Virus record (IMG/VR): IMGVR_UViG_3300032327_000733
Coordinates: 1-51,444 of that record
Reading direction: 5' to 3' (one strand)
DNA: 51,444 nucleotides
From: a virus
Taxonomy: Duplodnaviria > Caudoviricetes
The translations under genes were made by a program, and so were the position numbers. Position 1 is the stretch's first letter; each line of letters opens with the position of its first letter. Shown here in pieces: positions 1-10,516 of the stretch. The notes beneath the pieces are model-generated. The model saw only the letters and a list, made by a program, of their open reading frames with translations, ran no database searches and was not told the DNA's origin.

Positions 1-2
1 TT

Positions 3-3000
3 ACATATGATGCTACTCTGACCGCTAATACCGCGAAAATTTTAGACTCTAATCAAGAAATTATGATCTATCCTTTTGGTCAGAAAGCATTGATGAGCAA
101 TGGATTCAGTTCTGCTGAGTACGTGTATAGAAACAGAGCCAATGCTTTTTTCCAGGCGAATGGTACAGCTACAGTCACTCTTGGATCTGCTTCTGGAACC
201 GGTTCTGAATCTTTCCTATACACTGGTTCGTATTCTACGAATCTAGAAGAAAACTTCATAATGATTCCTATCACTACTGGATACAGTAGTTCAAAAACAG
301 GAACAGTATCGGTAAGCACCATTTCTTCGAACGTGGTAGGATTAGGAACAGCATTCGCTTCCGAATATCAGGTTGGTGATTATTTCTACGCGAACACAAT
401 TACAAAAAGAATTACGTCTATTACTAACAGCAGTTTGATTACTGTTGATTCTGTATATGGATTTACTTCTTCTGGTCTTGCTCACCAAAAAACATTCCCT
501 GCAGGAACTCCAATCAGTTTTCTTTCGCCTTCTAGATTGATCTCAGCCACTTCAACAGTTGCTAGCATAAGTCTTGGTGAAACTGTCAACAATTCTTTCC
601 AGACCTCTTTCTATTTTGATATTATTCGAAGCGGAACAGTTCCAATCAAGAAAGTTATCAACAAAGGAACTTATATCAAAATCCAGGCTAATTCAAACCC
701 TGGAGGCGCAACTGGACCTTGGTGTCTGGGTATACCAGATGTGTGGAGACTGAACGCTGTATACGTAGATTCTACAGGTGGAACTTATTCGAATTCCAAT
801 CCAAATAACACATCGAGTTTCCGTTTAGATACAGGTCAGCGCGATTCTTATTATGGATTGGCTTATATATCATCGAAGCAGCCAGTAGCCAAAGATGCTA
901 CTCTGTTAATTTCTGTTGATAATTTCACTTACGATATTTCGCAGGGTGTTGGTTTCTTTACCGCTAACTCTTACCCTATCGATGATGCTAACACAGCAAA
1001 TGCAACAGCAATTCAAACTTACAATATTTCTAGATACACTTCATCTTTTGGTGATCGTTATGACCTTCGTGATGTTGTTGATTTTAGACCGTATGCTGTA
1101 AATAATGCTATTGCTAACGCTAGTATTGCTAGCGCGACTATCAATCCTTCTAACACTCTAACTCTTTATTCTTATTCAGCGAACGGTTCGTATGTACCTT
1201 CTCCGGATACGAATTTCAAAACCAATCTGAAATATTATCTACCTAGAAAAGACAGAATTGTAATTACGACAGGCGGACAGCTTGTAGGCGTTGAAGGCAT
1301 CTCTGGTGATAATCCTGTTGCTCCGGCAGAACTTCCTTCTTCTATGACTATCGGAACAGCATATATACCACCATACCCTTCTCTACCAACCACTGTCGCT
1401 TCTGCTTACAATAGATTTGATTATGCTATTCAGCTTACTTTACAGCAGACCAGACGTTATACGATGGCTGACATCGGTAAGCTTTCTCAAAGAATTGACA
1501 GACTTGAATACTACACATCACTGAGTCTTCTTGAACAGTCAACTTCTTCTCTGCTTGTGAGAAGTGATAATACTGGTCAAAACAGATTCAAAAACGGTTT
1601 CTTGGTTGATCCATTCAATGATCATACAATCGGTAATACTCGCGACGCTAATTATAAAATCGCCATCGACAGTGCCAAGAGTGAGGCTAGACCTCTATTT
1701 GAACTCAGCACTCTAGGATTCAAACTAGATACAAAATCAACTGCTGGAGTTTATGGTGATCTTATAATGATCCCACATGACACGGTTGTTTATCAAAGTC
1801 AGCCAAATGCTTCAAAGTACAGAAACTGCATCGAAGGTAACGTATACAACTATCGCGGAACCATAACTCTCAATCCTCCAGGTTCAGTAACTGGCGACAT
1901 CAATAAAAATCCAGATATCATTTCAAATCTTGATCAGTCTCCAAACTGGATTAACATGAAAAGGAATCGTGCCACGGCATGGGGTTCTCAGTGGGGTGCT
2001 TGGACTAATAAAACTCAGAGTTACTACTCTAATCAAGAGTATAATTTATACAAAGATGCTTCTGAAAATTCCAGCGATTTCTTAACACAAACTACAAATA
2101 GAGCTCAGACAGTTAACATTCAGTCAACAGTTTCATCGTCTCAAGTTGATGTTGGAAGTTTCGTATCAGACGTTTCGCTGTTACCGTACATTAGTCCTAT
2201 AACCGTGTTCTTCACGGCGAAGGGTATGAAACCTAACACTACGCTCTATCCTTATTTTGATCGTACTTCTGTATCAAATTTGTGCATGCCTTTGACTCCT
2301 TATGGTGGTACAGTTACTCAAATTAATGGAATTTACTATTCGACAAATGACAAAAAAGTCTATATAAATTCTGCTGGTTTTTATTATGAATACGACGGAA
2401 TTGATGCCTGGGGCAATGACATTGTTTCAGACTCGAATGGCAATGTATACGGTATTTTCTCTATTCCTAGAGGAGCTTTTAGAAGCGGCGATCTGGAGTT
2501 CAAACTAACTGACATTTATAACCTTGACATCGGTGAGTCATCAGTAACAACTCAGGCTTCTGTTTTATTTTTCGGTACGCAGCTATCTGTTCAGAAAGCC
2601 AACGCGGTTATTAACGTTAGAATGCCTCAGCCTATTATACAAAATATTGTTCAACAGAATATAGTAAACAATAATCAAACAACTTTCGTAAATCAAAACA
2701 CAAATACGACTGTAGTGGTTAGACCGCCAGATACACAACCACCACCGCCTCCACCACCGCCGCCAAATGATGATCCAACACCACAGCCACCGGTCACACC
2801 AACAGTCATAGAACCACAAATAACATATTGTTATTTCCCACCACCGAGATGGGATCCTCCTGTGGAAGTTTGTTGGCCATATTATCCTCCATATGTAGAA
2901 ACTGTAGAACCGACTCCAAGTTGGCCAACAGCAGTAAGTGACTGTGGCTGGTCTCCTCCAGCGTATGAGCCTCCACAACAACAGCTACCACCAATCGATC

Positions 3001-3155
3001 CTCCTGCACCTACGCCAGAACCAGTCTGGCCAGTTTATGAAGTAATTAGTAGCGGTTGGTATGATGCCTGTTCGTCTTCTTCGAATGATTGTTCTGATGG
3101 TGGTCCTGGTGGCAGTTCCGCTGGTAGCGATGGCGCTGGTGGCGATGGTGAATGA
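3..3155 (+). CDS. Large virion structural protein, VrlC/DUF4815-like N-terminal part (5' truncated by window edge), ending in a Pro-rich then Ser/Gly/Asp-rich tail
   Basis: The frame is open from base 3, so the ORF-track start at 63 is internal. Motifs 'RRYTMADIGKLSQRIDRLEYYTSLSLLE' and 'NRFKNGFLVDPF' are typical of VrlC-like structural proteins of T4-like phages. Confidence 0.8.
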   Translation, partial: TYDATLTANTAKILDSNQEIMIYPFGQKALMSNGFSSAEYVYRNRANAFFQANGTATVTLGSASGTGSESFLYTGSYSTNLEENFIMIPITTGYSSSKTGTVSVSTISSNVVGLGTAFASEYQVGDYFYANTITKRITSITNSSLITVDSVYGFTSSGLAHQKTFPAGTPISFLSPSRLISATSTVASISLGETVNNSFQTSFYFDIIRSGTVPIKKVINKGTYIKIQANSNPGGATGPWCLGIPDVWRLNAVYVDSTGGTYSNSNPNNTSSFRLDTGQRDSYYGLAYISSKQPVAKDATLLISVDNFTYDISQGVGFFTANSYPIDDANTANATAIQTYNISRYTSSFGDRYDLRDVVDFRPYAVNNAIANASIASATINPSNTLTLYSYSANGSYVPSPDTNFKTNLKYYLPRKDRIVITTGGQLVGVEGISGDNPVAPAELPSSMTIGTAYIPPYPSLPTTVASAYNRFDYAIQLTLQQTRRYTMADIGKLSQRIDRLEYYTSLSLLEQSTSSLLVRSDNTGQNRFKNGFLVDPFNDHTIGNTRDANYKIAIDSAKSEARPLFELSTLGFKLDTKSTAGVYGDLIMIPHDTVVYQSQPNASKYRNCIEGNVYNYRGTITLNPPGSVTGDINKNPDIISNLDQSPNWINMKRNRATAWGSQWGAWTNKTQSYYSNQEYNLYKDASENSSDFLTQTTNRAQTVNIQSTVSSSQVDVGSFVSDVSLLPYISPITVFFTAKGMKPNTTLYPYFDRTSVSNLCMPLTPYGGTVTQINGIYYSTNDKKVYINSAGFYYEYDGIDAWGNDIVSDSNGNVYGIFSIPRGAFRSGDLEFKLTDIYNLDIGESSVTTQASVLFFGTQLSVQKANAVINVRMPQPIIQNIVQQNIVNNNQTTFVNQNTNTTVVVRPPDTQPPPPPPPPPNDDPTPQPPVTPTVIEPQITYCYFPPPRWDPPVEVCWPYYPPYVETVEPTPSWPTAVSDCGWSPPAYEPPQQQLPPIDPPAPTPEPVWPVYEVISSGWYDACSSSSNDCSDGGPGGSSAGSDGAGGDGE

Positions 3156-3188
3156 TGCACAAAATAACGATAGAGGTATAGAATTTAG

Positions 3189-5690
3189 ATGAAACCTATT
3201 GCTCAGACTTTTATTATTAGCGAGCCAGATGGCGGTGTAGAGGCAGTTTTTATAAAAAAACTTGATCTGTATTTCCAGAGTAGAAGTGGTGTGTTTGGAG
3301 TCGAAGTCCAGATAAGAGAAACGCAGAACGGATTTCCGACGCAAACCATGGTTCCTTATGGTAAAACGTATCTTACTCCTTCATATATTTCAGTGAGCGA
3401 CGACGCAACTGCTGAGACTTCATTCTATTTTATTACTCCCGTTTTGATCAAAACAAACGTTCAATACGCTATTGTTGTCGCACCTGTTGGTGGCAATCCG
3501 GATTACAATCTTTGGATTGGTCAGCTCGGCGGAAACGATGTCGCAAGTGGTGCGCCGATCATCAAAGGTAATGAAACCGGAAATCTTTTCGTCTCTTCTA
3601 ATGATCTAAATTTCACGCCGATTCAAAATGAAAGCATGAAGTATAATCTTCATATAGCACAGTTTTCAGCCTCTGGTGCGATTGCTGTATTCAATAACAG
3701 CGACACAGATTTCATAAGAGTAAAAGACATCGTCGGTACGTTTGCTGAGAACGAAAGAGTTGTTGTTGCCAATAATGGTTTAGAACTAGCTTCGTTCTCT
3801 GTAATATCAGGATCAAACACGTTCAGCAACTCAGAAGTTGTTTTCCAACCAAACACAGCAACTAACTACCTAACTGCAAATGCTTACGGAACTGTGTATT
3901 TCGCTAATACTACAAATATCTTACTCAATAATGTAGTTGGGTCTTTCAGCAATACAACCACTCTAAAAGGCTCTACAACTGGTTATCTTGTAACTCCAAA
4001 CAACGTCTCTCAGAAAGTAACAACTGTTTCGGCTTGTAACGTAATAACTGTTCCAAATGTTAATAGTACAGCCGACTTCGCTGAGAATAACGTAATTTAC
4101 GTTGGTGCCAATACGAGAGCTAGTGTTCAGGTTTTGAAAATCACTGCAGTGAATGGATCGAACAACACAATTACTGTAGATTCGAATGTAAACTTTAGTG
4201 ATACTAATGCAATTATCGGTAGAGTAAAAGCAGATGCAGATCTTTTTGGTTATGTTTCTTCTTTCACTAGAACAAGAAACTACAAGACTATTACGGTTAG
4301 AAACGTTACTTCTAATACAACTGAAAATTTTGCAAACAGTCAAAACAAACTTTTGATTGGTAGAAATTCAGGAGCGACTGCTAATATAGAAGCAATTTTT
4401 GATCTTTCGTATGAGAGCGTAACACCTCAGGTTGGTATCATTGAACCAAATCTAACAGCATCGGCATTTAGTTTCTCAGGAACCTCTAACACAAGGGTTC
4501 TAGAAACTGCAAGTTATTTGAATCTTGTAAACTATGTGCCTCTCGAGTTCAATGACAATCAGAGAATCATTATGTCTAGAAGTAATGAATTGGCTTTTCC
4601 AGTCTCTGGTGGTTCTGGCGCAGGAACAAAATCTACTACGTTCAATATCTCTTTGGCAACATCAAACAATAAAATATCGCCTTATGTTGATAGAATCAAA
4701 ATTGATGCCGCTTATACAGTAAATTTATTGACAGCCGAGTCAGAATTGCAAGGGTTCAATATTCAAGTTGCGAATTCAACTGGTCTGTTTACAGTCGGGG
4801 AAACGGTCTGGCAGTCGAACGCGACCGTGAACACTTCGGCAACAATATTGTACTGCAATACCAGCTACTTGCAAGTTTCAAATGTTCAATCTAATGTTTC
4901 TTCTCAGTTGGGAATTATGAATGCGAACGGCATCAGCACACTAACTGGGACAACCTCTGGGATTTTAGCAAATGTTATCTCAGTAGGTATTTTCAATGAA
5001 GCAAGTAATACAGTAAATCCAAGAGTCTCGAGATACATCTCAAAGAACGCTGTCCTAGCAGAGGGTCAGGATGCTGAAGACGTTGTTGCTCTAATAACAG
5101 CATACAGACCACCAGGCTCCAACCTGAAAGTCTACGCAAAAGTTATTTCAGCGGCAGATCCGGATAAGTTCATTCAAAAAGACTGGTCGGCTATGCCAGA
5201 AACTTCTTCTCCATCTCTTCAGAGTAGTGCTGTTGACAGAAATGATCTTGTTGAGCTCACTTACGATCTACCGACTTCAGTTCAATTGATACAAAATAGT
5301 GCAGTCGTAAGTACTACTTCTTCTAACATAACTATGAGTTCGACATCTGGTTTCTTCCCAGGTGACTTTGTTTACTTTGTTGATTCTGGAGCCACCGGTA
5401 AAATGAATGTTAGACAGGTGCGAGGAGTTACTAACGCTACATCGCTTGTTGTTTCTTCTAATGCTGGTTTCTCTTCGAGCAATTGTGCTGTCGGTAGAAT
5501 TCCAGGTCTTGAATCACAAGTCGGGTCTTTCAGGTACGCAAACAACTATAGCATATCACGATATGTTTCTTCGACTGATGTTGTTTACGATTCAATCAAA
5601 ACTTTTGCTGTAAAAGTTGTTCTGGTATCTGATGATCCAATAGCTATTCCTAGAATGGCAGATATTAGATGCCTTGCTTTGCAGGTTTGA
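3189..5690 (+). CDS. Virion structural protein corresponding to the C-terminal part of VrlC-like proteins
   Basis: Starts 'KPIAQTF..VFIKKLDLYFQ' (the DPLAQTF-type motif) and ends 'FAVKVVLVSDDPIAIPRMADIRCLAL'. It has its own RBS-like GAGGT upstream. Confidence 0.75.
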   Translation: MKPIAQTFIISEPDGGVEAVFIKKLDLYFQSRSGVFGVEVQIRETQNGFPTQTMVPYGKTYLTPSYISVSDDATAETSFYFITPVLIKTNVQYAIVVAPVGGNPDYNLWIGQLGGNDVASGAPIIKGNETGNLFVSSNDLNFTPIQNESMKYNLHIAQFSASGAIAVFNNSDTDFIRVKDIVGTFAENERVVVANNGLELASFSVISGSNTFSNSEVVFQPNTATNYLTANAYGTVYFANTTNILLNNVVGSFSNTTTLKGSTTGYLVTPNNVSQKVTTVSACNVITVPNVNSTADFAENNVIYVGANTRASVQVLKITAVNGSNNTITVDSNVNFSDTNAIIGRVKADADLFGYVSSFTRTRNYKTITVRNVTSNTTENFANSQNKLLIGRNSGATANIEAIFDLSYESVTPQVGIIEPNLTASAFSFSGTSNTRVLETASYLNLVNYVPLEFNDNQRIIMSRSNELAFPVSGGSGAGTKSTTFNISLATSNNKISPYVDRIKIDAAYTVNLLTAESELQGFNIQVANSTGLFTVGETVWQSNATVNTSATILYCNTSYLQVSNVQSNVSSQLGIMNANGISTLTGTTSGILANVISVGIFNEASNTVNPRVSRYISKNAVLAEGQDAEDVVALITAYRPPGSNLKVYAKVISAADPDKFIQKDWSAMPETSSPSLQSSAVDRNDLVELTYDLPTSVQLIQNSAVVSTTSSNITMSSTSGFFPGDFVYFVDSGATGKMNVRQVRGVTNATSLVVSSNAGFSSSNCAVGRIPGLESQVGSFRYANNYSISRYVSSTDVVYDSIKTFAVKVVLVSDDPIAIPRMADIRCLALQV

Positions 5691-5691
5691 T

Positions 5692-5916
5692 ATGAATAAC
5701 AAACCTGATTTTTTAAAAGTAAAAGACAGCCAGGATCTTGTTAGAGAGAAAAAAAGCAACGCGATCCTGAATACGAATGCAAAAGAGTTGAATAAATACA
5801 AGCAAGATCGCGAAGAGAAACTGAAATTAAAAAATCTTTTCGAAGAAAATGAAAAGATGAAAAACGATATAGACGAGATCAAGTCTCTACTGAGACAGCT
5901 GATAGGGCAGAAGTAA
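5692..5916 (+). CDS. Small coiled-coil protein typically found downstream of VrlC-like genes
   Basis: ATG at 5692 directly follows the upstream stop. Sequence 'LVREKKSNAILN...IDEIKSLLRQL'. Confidence 0.7.
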   Translation: MNNKPDFLKVKDSQDLVREKKSNAILNTNAKELNKYKQDREEKLKLKNLFEENEKMKNDIDEIKSLLRQLIGQK

Positions 5917-5919
5917 CAT

Positions 5920-7452
5920 ATGACTATTCCAGTAGCTAGTGTAGCAAATACAGCCACTTTCGGTTCTTGGTTATCAAGAACCAACGACATTGCTGCTATC
6001 ATATCCCAGAACACCGTAACTGTTGATTTTTCTTCAAACGGTTCCGTCACAACAGGAAACGCGTATGTCAACGGATATTTTGGCGCTAATACTCTTGTGG
6101 CTTATACAGGAATCGCTGGCGGTAAAATGTCTATTGGAAACACACTCAACCTGATTACAAACACAGCTTTTACTTACAGTAGTGCTAATCTGGTATCATT
6201 CAATGCCAACTCGACTTTTTCGAACGTTGTAATAACTACAAATGCAGTTTATATTGTTCCGGGTGGTGGAAATACAACCATCGGTGGAAACTTCCTGAAT
6301 GTCAATGCGAGTACGATGAATGTTACATCGACGACTCTGATTGCAAATTCAACTACTACAACTTTTGGTAACACATCAGTAAAAGCAAATGCTACATTCA
6401 CCATATTCAAGGCTGAAGGCAATAACTTAGCTACAAAAATAACTATGAATACTTCGAATACAACCATCATAGGAAACGTTTACTTCTCGAATACCCTCAA
6501 TGTCACCGGTGCAGTGACGTTAAGTAATACCATATCTGTAACTGGTGGTGCTACTTTTAACGATTATATTTCTATGAATGGTTCGGCAAACGTTGGCGGA
6601 ACTTTGGGTATAGCTGGCGCTGCGAATGTTGGTGGCGCTCTTGGTGTAATTGGTAATGCGAATGTTGGAGGTAATGTAGGCATAATCGGTAATGCAAACG
6701 TTGCTGGTAATGTAGGCATAATCGGTAATGCAAATATCGGTGGTAATCTTGGTGTTCTTGGAAGTTTGACTGTTGTAGGAAATTTAAACTTTACTGGCGT
6801 ATCAACAGGCGATTTCAATCCACAATCGAACGTAACATATAGCCTCGGTAATACTTCTTTTTATTGGGCGAATGCTTACATTTCAAGTTTGTTTTTATCA
6901 AATACAGCTACTGTTACTGGAAACGCCACTTTCTCCTCTAGAATATCAGTTACTGGAAATGCAACATTCAGCAATACTATCGCTGTAACTGGCAACGCGA
7001 CATTCAGCAATGTAACGACTCATACCGGAGCAGCAACTTTCAGTAACACGATTGCTGTGATTGGCGTGGCTACGGTATCATCGAATGTTTCTACTTCCGG
7101 AACGATACTGATCAACTCTATTGTTCATCAGTTCGCAAATACCTATACGTTCACTAATAGCACTACTGCAGCAAATATTGACGTTGTGTCTGCTTCAACT
7201 TATCGTTCCTTCGAATATACCGTTCAGCTTTCGGATACTACAGTAACTCCGGTTCCTTATTATCATATGACGAAACTTATCGTGCTTCATGATGGTACTA
7301 CACCATACATAACTGAGTACCAAACTTTGTTCAACAGTGTAACTCTTGGTACTTTTGATGTAATCATCAATGGCGGCAATCTCGGTTTGCAGCTAACTCC
7401 AACGACAGCAAACGTTGTTGCTAAATTCATCAGAACTTCCATCGTTCCATAA
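5920..7452 (+). CDS. Fibre-like virion protein with 12-aa beta-repeat shaft and C-terminal beta-sandwich domain
   Basis: Repeats ANVGGNVGIIGN and TGNATFSNTIAV. C-terminal 'TYRSFEYTVQ..KLIVLHDGTTPYITEY' domain resembles T4-like phage fibre modules. Confidence 0.65.
   Translation: MTIPVASVANTATFGSWLSRTNDIAAIISQNTVTVDFSSNGSVTTGNAYVNGYFGANTLVAYTGIAGGKMSIGNTLNLITNTAFTYSSANLVSFNANSTFSNVVITTNAVYIVPGGGNTTIGGNFLNVNASTMNVTSTTLIANSTTTTFGNTSVKANATFTIFKAEGNNLATKITMNTSNTTIIGNVYFSNTLNVTGAVTLSNTISVTGGATFNDYISMNGSANVGGTLGIAGAANVGGALGVIGNANVGGNVGIIGNANVAGNVGIIGNANIGGNLGVLGSLTVVGNLNFTGVSTGDFNPQSNVTYSLGNTSFYWANAYISSLFLSNTATVTGNATFSSRISVTGNATFSNTIAVTGNATFSNVTTHTGAATFSNTIAVIGVATVSSNVSTSGTILINSIVHQFANTYTFTNSTTAANIDVVSASTYRSFEYTVQLSDTTVTPVPYYHMTKLIVLHDGTTPYITEYQTLFNSVTLGTFDVIINGGNLGLQLTPTTANVVAKFIRTSIVP
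6580..7060 (+). repeat. 36-nt-period (12 aa) coding tandem repeats
   Basis: ggtaatgtaggcataatcggtaatgcaaa occurs at ~6670 and ~6706. Repeated GNATFS units occur at ~6920-7045. Confidence 0.8.
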
Positions 7453-7461
7453 GAGGTTAAC

Positions 7462-7788
7462 ATGGCAGCTAAAGTAAACATTGTAATCGACCAGGGTGCT
7501 ACGTTCAATACAACGTATACGATTCATAATGCGATCGACGAGCCAATTGACTTTACCGGTTTTACATCAAATTCTCAGATCAGGAAAGCGTACTCATCTT
7601 CAAATTCTTACATGTTCGATGTAGCTTTGAGTAACACTGGTCTAGTAACTCTCTCTATGAATGCAGCTGCAACTAGCAGTATTGTTGCTGGTCGTTATGT
7701 TTATGATGTTGAGGTCGAAAGTCAAACCGGCATTCGTTCTCGTATTGTTGAAGGAATTGTAACGGTTACTCCACAAGTGACGAGGTAA
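7462..7788 (+). CDS. Small virion structural/adaptor protein
   Basis: 'NIVIDQGATF...GRYVYDVEV..RIVEGIVTVTPQVTR', a recurrent small structural family in T4-like phages. RBS GAGG. Confidence 0.75.
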   Translation: MAAKVNIVIDQGATFNTTYTIHNAIDEPIDFTGFTSNSQIRKAYSSSNSYMFDVALSNTGLVTLSMNAAATSSIVAGRYVYDVEVESQTGIRSRIVEGIVTVTPQVTR

Positions 7789-7789
7789 T

Positions 7790-8137
7790 ATGTCTTTCGT
7801 AGTCAAATCTGTAACGACCAATCAGTACAAGGTTAAAGTAGTAAATCAGAACGGCGCGCTTCTGTCGATGCCTGCCAGCGTTCCTGTTGTTACTGCTGCG
7901 GCTATTTCCGACCTTACTAAGTTTTCAAATACTACTGCTATGTTGGCCAATGACGCCACAACATACGCAAATGCTATAGCCTACGCATCAAATCTTGTGT
8001 CTAATGTCACCGTAGCTTCGATTACTGATGTTCAGCTTTCACAAGTTCCTCCGGCAAATAATAGCACGCTGGTGTTCAATACAACAAATAATAAATATGT
8101 CGTTAGACAAATGGATCTAGACGGAGGAATCTTTTAA
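7790..8137 (+). CDS. Small structural protein with C-terminal LDGGxF motif
   Basis: Tightly packed ORF ending MDLDGGIF. Confidence 0.65.
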   Translation: MSFVVKSVTTNQYKVKVVNQNGALLSMPASVPVVTAAAISDLTKFSNTTAMLANDATTYANAIAYASNLVSNVTVASITDVQLSQVPPANNSTLVFNTTNNKYVVRQMDLDGGIF

Positions 8138-9844
8138 GTGGCAAATTTAATTCAGATCAAACGTAGTACCACCGCTAGTACTCCAGGGTCTTTGGCTAAT
8201 GGTGAGCTCGCCTTTACTTCAAATGGTGATGTTCTTTATATTGGTAGCCCAAACGGCAGTGTTGTTGCGATTGGTGGCGTAAGGGTCCCAGGATTCCTGA
8301 CTGCGAATCAGGCACTTGTAGCGAATACAACTGGCTATCTTAACGAAATCAGAGCTGCAAACCTTGTCGCGACTAAGATCTACGCAAATGGAGCTTTCGG
8401 TACCAGTAATCAGGTCTTAACTTCCAACTCGACTGGTGGTATTTTTTGGAATACTCCTCTTCCCAGTGTTGTTGGCGCCAATACGCAGATTCAATTCAAT
8501 AACAGTGGATCTCTTGCTGCTAACTCGAACTTGACGTTTGACCAAGCAACTTCTACTCTAGCAACGATCAATATCAATTCTAACACTGTAAATGCAGCTG
8601 TTTATACCGTCGGTTCAAGTTTTGTAGCGAACAGCACTGGTGCGTTCCTTACTGGTACAGTCAATGCTTCGTCAGTATCTCTTGGTAGTAATTTTGTTGC
8701 TAATGCTACAGGTGTTTTCGTAGCTAATAGTGTAAATGCTTTGGCATTATCCGTTGGTTCAAACTTTGTCGCAAACTCAACCAAGGTTGTGATTGGGTCA
8801 GGTGTTGGTCTGCAAGCCAATGGTGGAGTTGGAACAGCTGGTCAGGTGCTGCTTTCTAATGCTTCGTCTGTTTATTGGGGTGATAGAGTTTCTTCGGTCG
8901 CTACAGGCAATGGTCTTATTGGTGGCACTGTTACCACAACTGGCACTCTATCAGTTCTTGCAAATAACGGTATCGTTGCTAATTCAACAGGTGTATTTGT
9001 AAATCCAGGTACTGGCGTCACTGTAAATGCTACTGGTGTTCATATCGGTCAGCCTGTCGCTGTTACTGACAGCGTTACATTCGATGCTATTACTGCTACT
9101 GGTAACGTTGCTCTTGGTAATAACGTTGTAGACAATATCAGTTTCTTAGGTAGAGCCAATACCAATTTCAATCCAGCAGCTAACGTTACCTATGACATTG
9201 GCGCATCAGGTCAACGTTGGAATTACGTTTGGGCTGCAAATGTTCATGCCACTCGCGGTTACGTTGAAGGTAACCTTGAAGTAGGCGGCGATCTTCTGAT
9301 CACTGGTAATCTTATAACAACAAACGTTAGCTCGGTTATTGTTTCTGACCCTCTGATTTTCTTGGCTTCTAATAATAATTCATCTGACCTAGTTGATATT
9401 GGTTTCGTTGGTGGATATTATGATGGATCAACACAAAGACATGCTGGTATTATAAGACACGCCGCTACAGATGCTTTTTATCTGTTCAAAAATTACTCCA
9501 TAGAACCAAATAATAACGTCATTGATACTAATGATCCTTCATTCAGATTATCAACAGCATATCTATATTTGAATTCGAGTGGTATAATAACGAATGCAAC
9601 ATCAGTTGCTGTAACTGCAAATTCAACAGTAAACGTAGCGATCGTCGCTAACTCGATTTCAATATCATCACCGCTGATGGCAAATAGTGGTGGTACTGGA
9701 ATAAACACTGTTACAAATAATGCTATTCTATTCGGCAATTCTACTAATGGATTCAGTCAGTTGTCATTAGGAACATCTGGATACGTGTTGCAGTCAAATG
9801 GAACTGCATTGGTTTATGATATACTTGATGGCGGAACATTCTAA
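8138..9844 (+). CDS. Tail fibre-like protein (N-terminal IQIKRS/GELA module, C-terminal LDGGTF)
   Basis: GTG start. 'IQIKRS..P..LANGELAF' N-terminal fibre module, GQVLxSN modules, very Asn/Ser/Thr/Gly-rich. Confidence 0.7.
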   Translation: MANLIQIKRSTTASTPGSLANGELAFTSNGDVLYIGSPNGSVVAIGGVRVPGFLTANQALVANTTGYLNEIRAANLVATKIYANGAFGTSNQVLTSNSTGGIFWNTPLPSVVGANTQIQFNNSGSLAANSNLTFDQATSTLATININSNTVNAAVYTVGSSFVANSTGAFLTGTVNASSVSLGSNFVANATGVFVANSVNALALSVGSNFVANSTKVVIGSGVGLQANGGVGTAGQVLLSNASSVYWGDRVSSVATGNGLIGGTVTTTGTLSVLANNGIVANSTGVFVNPGTGVTVNATGVHIGQPVAVTDSVTFDAITATGNVALGNNVVDNISFLGRANTNFNPAANVTYDIGASGQRWNYVWAANVHATRGYVEGNLEVGGDLLITGNLITTNVSSVIVSDPLIFLASNNNSSDLVDIGFVGGYYDGSTQRHAGIIRHAATDAFYLFKNYSIEPNNNVIDTNDPSFRLSTAYLYLNSSGIITNATSVAVTANSTVNVAIVANSISISSPLMANSGGTGINTVTNNAILFGNSTNGFSQLSLGTSGYVLQSNGTALVYDILDGGTF

Positions 9845-9859
9845 AGGAGAACTTATATT

Positions 9860-10516
9860 ATGAGTGAAAATGATAATGACTTTTTTGTCGAAACATACAT
9901 AAAGAAACAAGAGACGCTTTTTCTTGAGCAGATGCGTAGGTTGCTGCAGGCTGACACCAAGTCGACTGTTTTTGAGATAGCTCTTAATGAACGTAATGCA
10001 ACTGTTGGTGAATTGGAAGAACAGGTAAGACAACTCAATACTGCCATCAGTCAGGCTGTCAATGGTTTACAGTCGATTACTAATGATAAGGATGTTCTGC
10101 AGAAAAAGCTTGCAGAAGCAGAGGAAAGAATTGAGTATCTAACTGAATTCTACAACAAATACAAAACAGTAGAAAACGAACTAGCTAACAAAACTGTAAC
10201 AGTAGATAAACTTAGTAATCAGCTTCAAACGTATCAAAAAGATATGGATCAGCTAAGAGAGAATTACAACAAAGTAAACGATGTCTATAAAACAGTAGAA
10301 AACGAACTAGCTAACAAATCTGTAATAGCCGAAAAGCTTAGCACAAAAGTCGAAACATATCAAAAAGATATGGATCAAATAAAAGAAAACTACAATAAAG
10401 TAAATGACGCTTTGGAAGAAGCCAATAGCAAACTCTCGAAACTGAGCAATATCAAAAATAGTAAAAAGAAACTTACACCTACCAACTCTGAGTGGACTGA
10501 TGGCAACCAAGTTTAA
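9860..10516 (+). CDS. Coiled-coil protein with an internal 42-aa duplication
   Basis: Heptad-rich sequence. RBS AAGGAG upstream. Confidence 0.7.
   Translation: MSENDNDFFVETYIKKQETLFLEQMRRLLQADTKSTVFEIALNERNATVGELEEQVRQLNTAISQAVNGLQSITNDKDVLQKKLAEAEERIEYLTEFYNKYKTVENELANKTVTVDKLSNQLQTYQKDMDQLRENYNKVNDVYKTVENELANKSVIAEKLSTKVETYQKDMDQIKENYNKVNDALEEANSKLSKLSNIKNSKKKLTPTNSEWTDGNQV
10160..10411 (+). repeat. 126-nt direct tandem duplication (two copies, 42 aa = 6 heptads)
   Basis: aaaacagtagaaaacgaactagctaacaaa and tatcaaaaagatatggatca each occur twice, 126 nt apart (Tyr codons at 10160 and 10286). Confidence 0.9.

Noticed and set aside
2583-2981. Trp/Arg-rich minus-strand ORF
   Set aside because: It is the antisense shadow of the poly-Pro (CCA/CCG) region.
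3153-3191. Possible stop-codon readthrough or recoding joining the two in-frame VrlC-like ORFs
   Set aside because: Four in-frame stops of all three types (TGA, TAA, TAG, TAG) lie in the gap, and the second ORF has its own RBS. Genes elsewhere are intact under the standard code.
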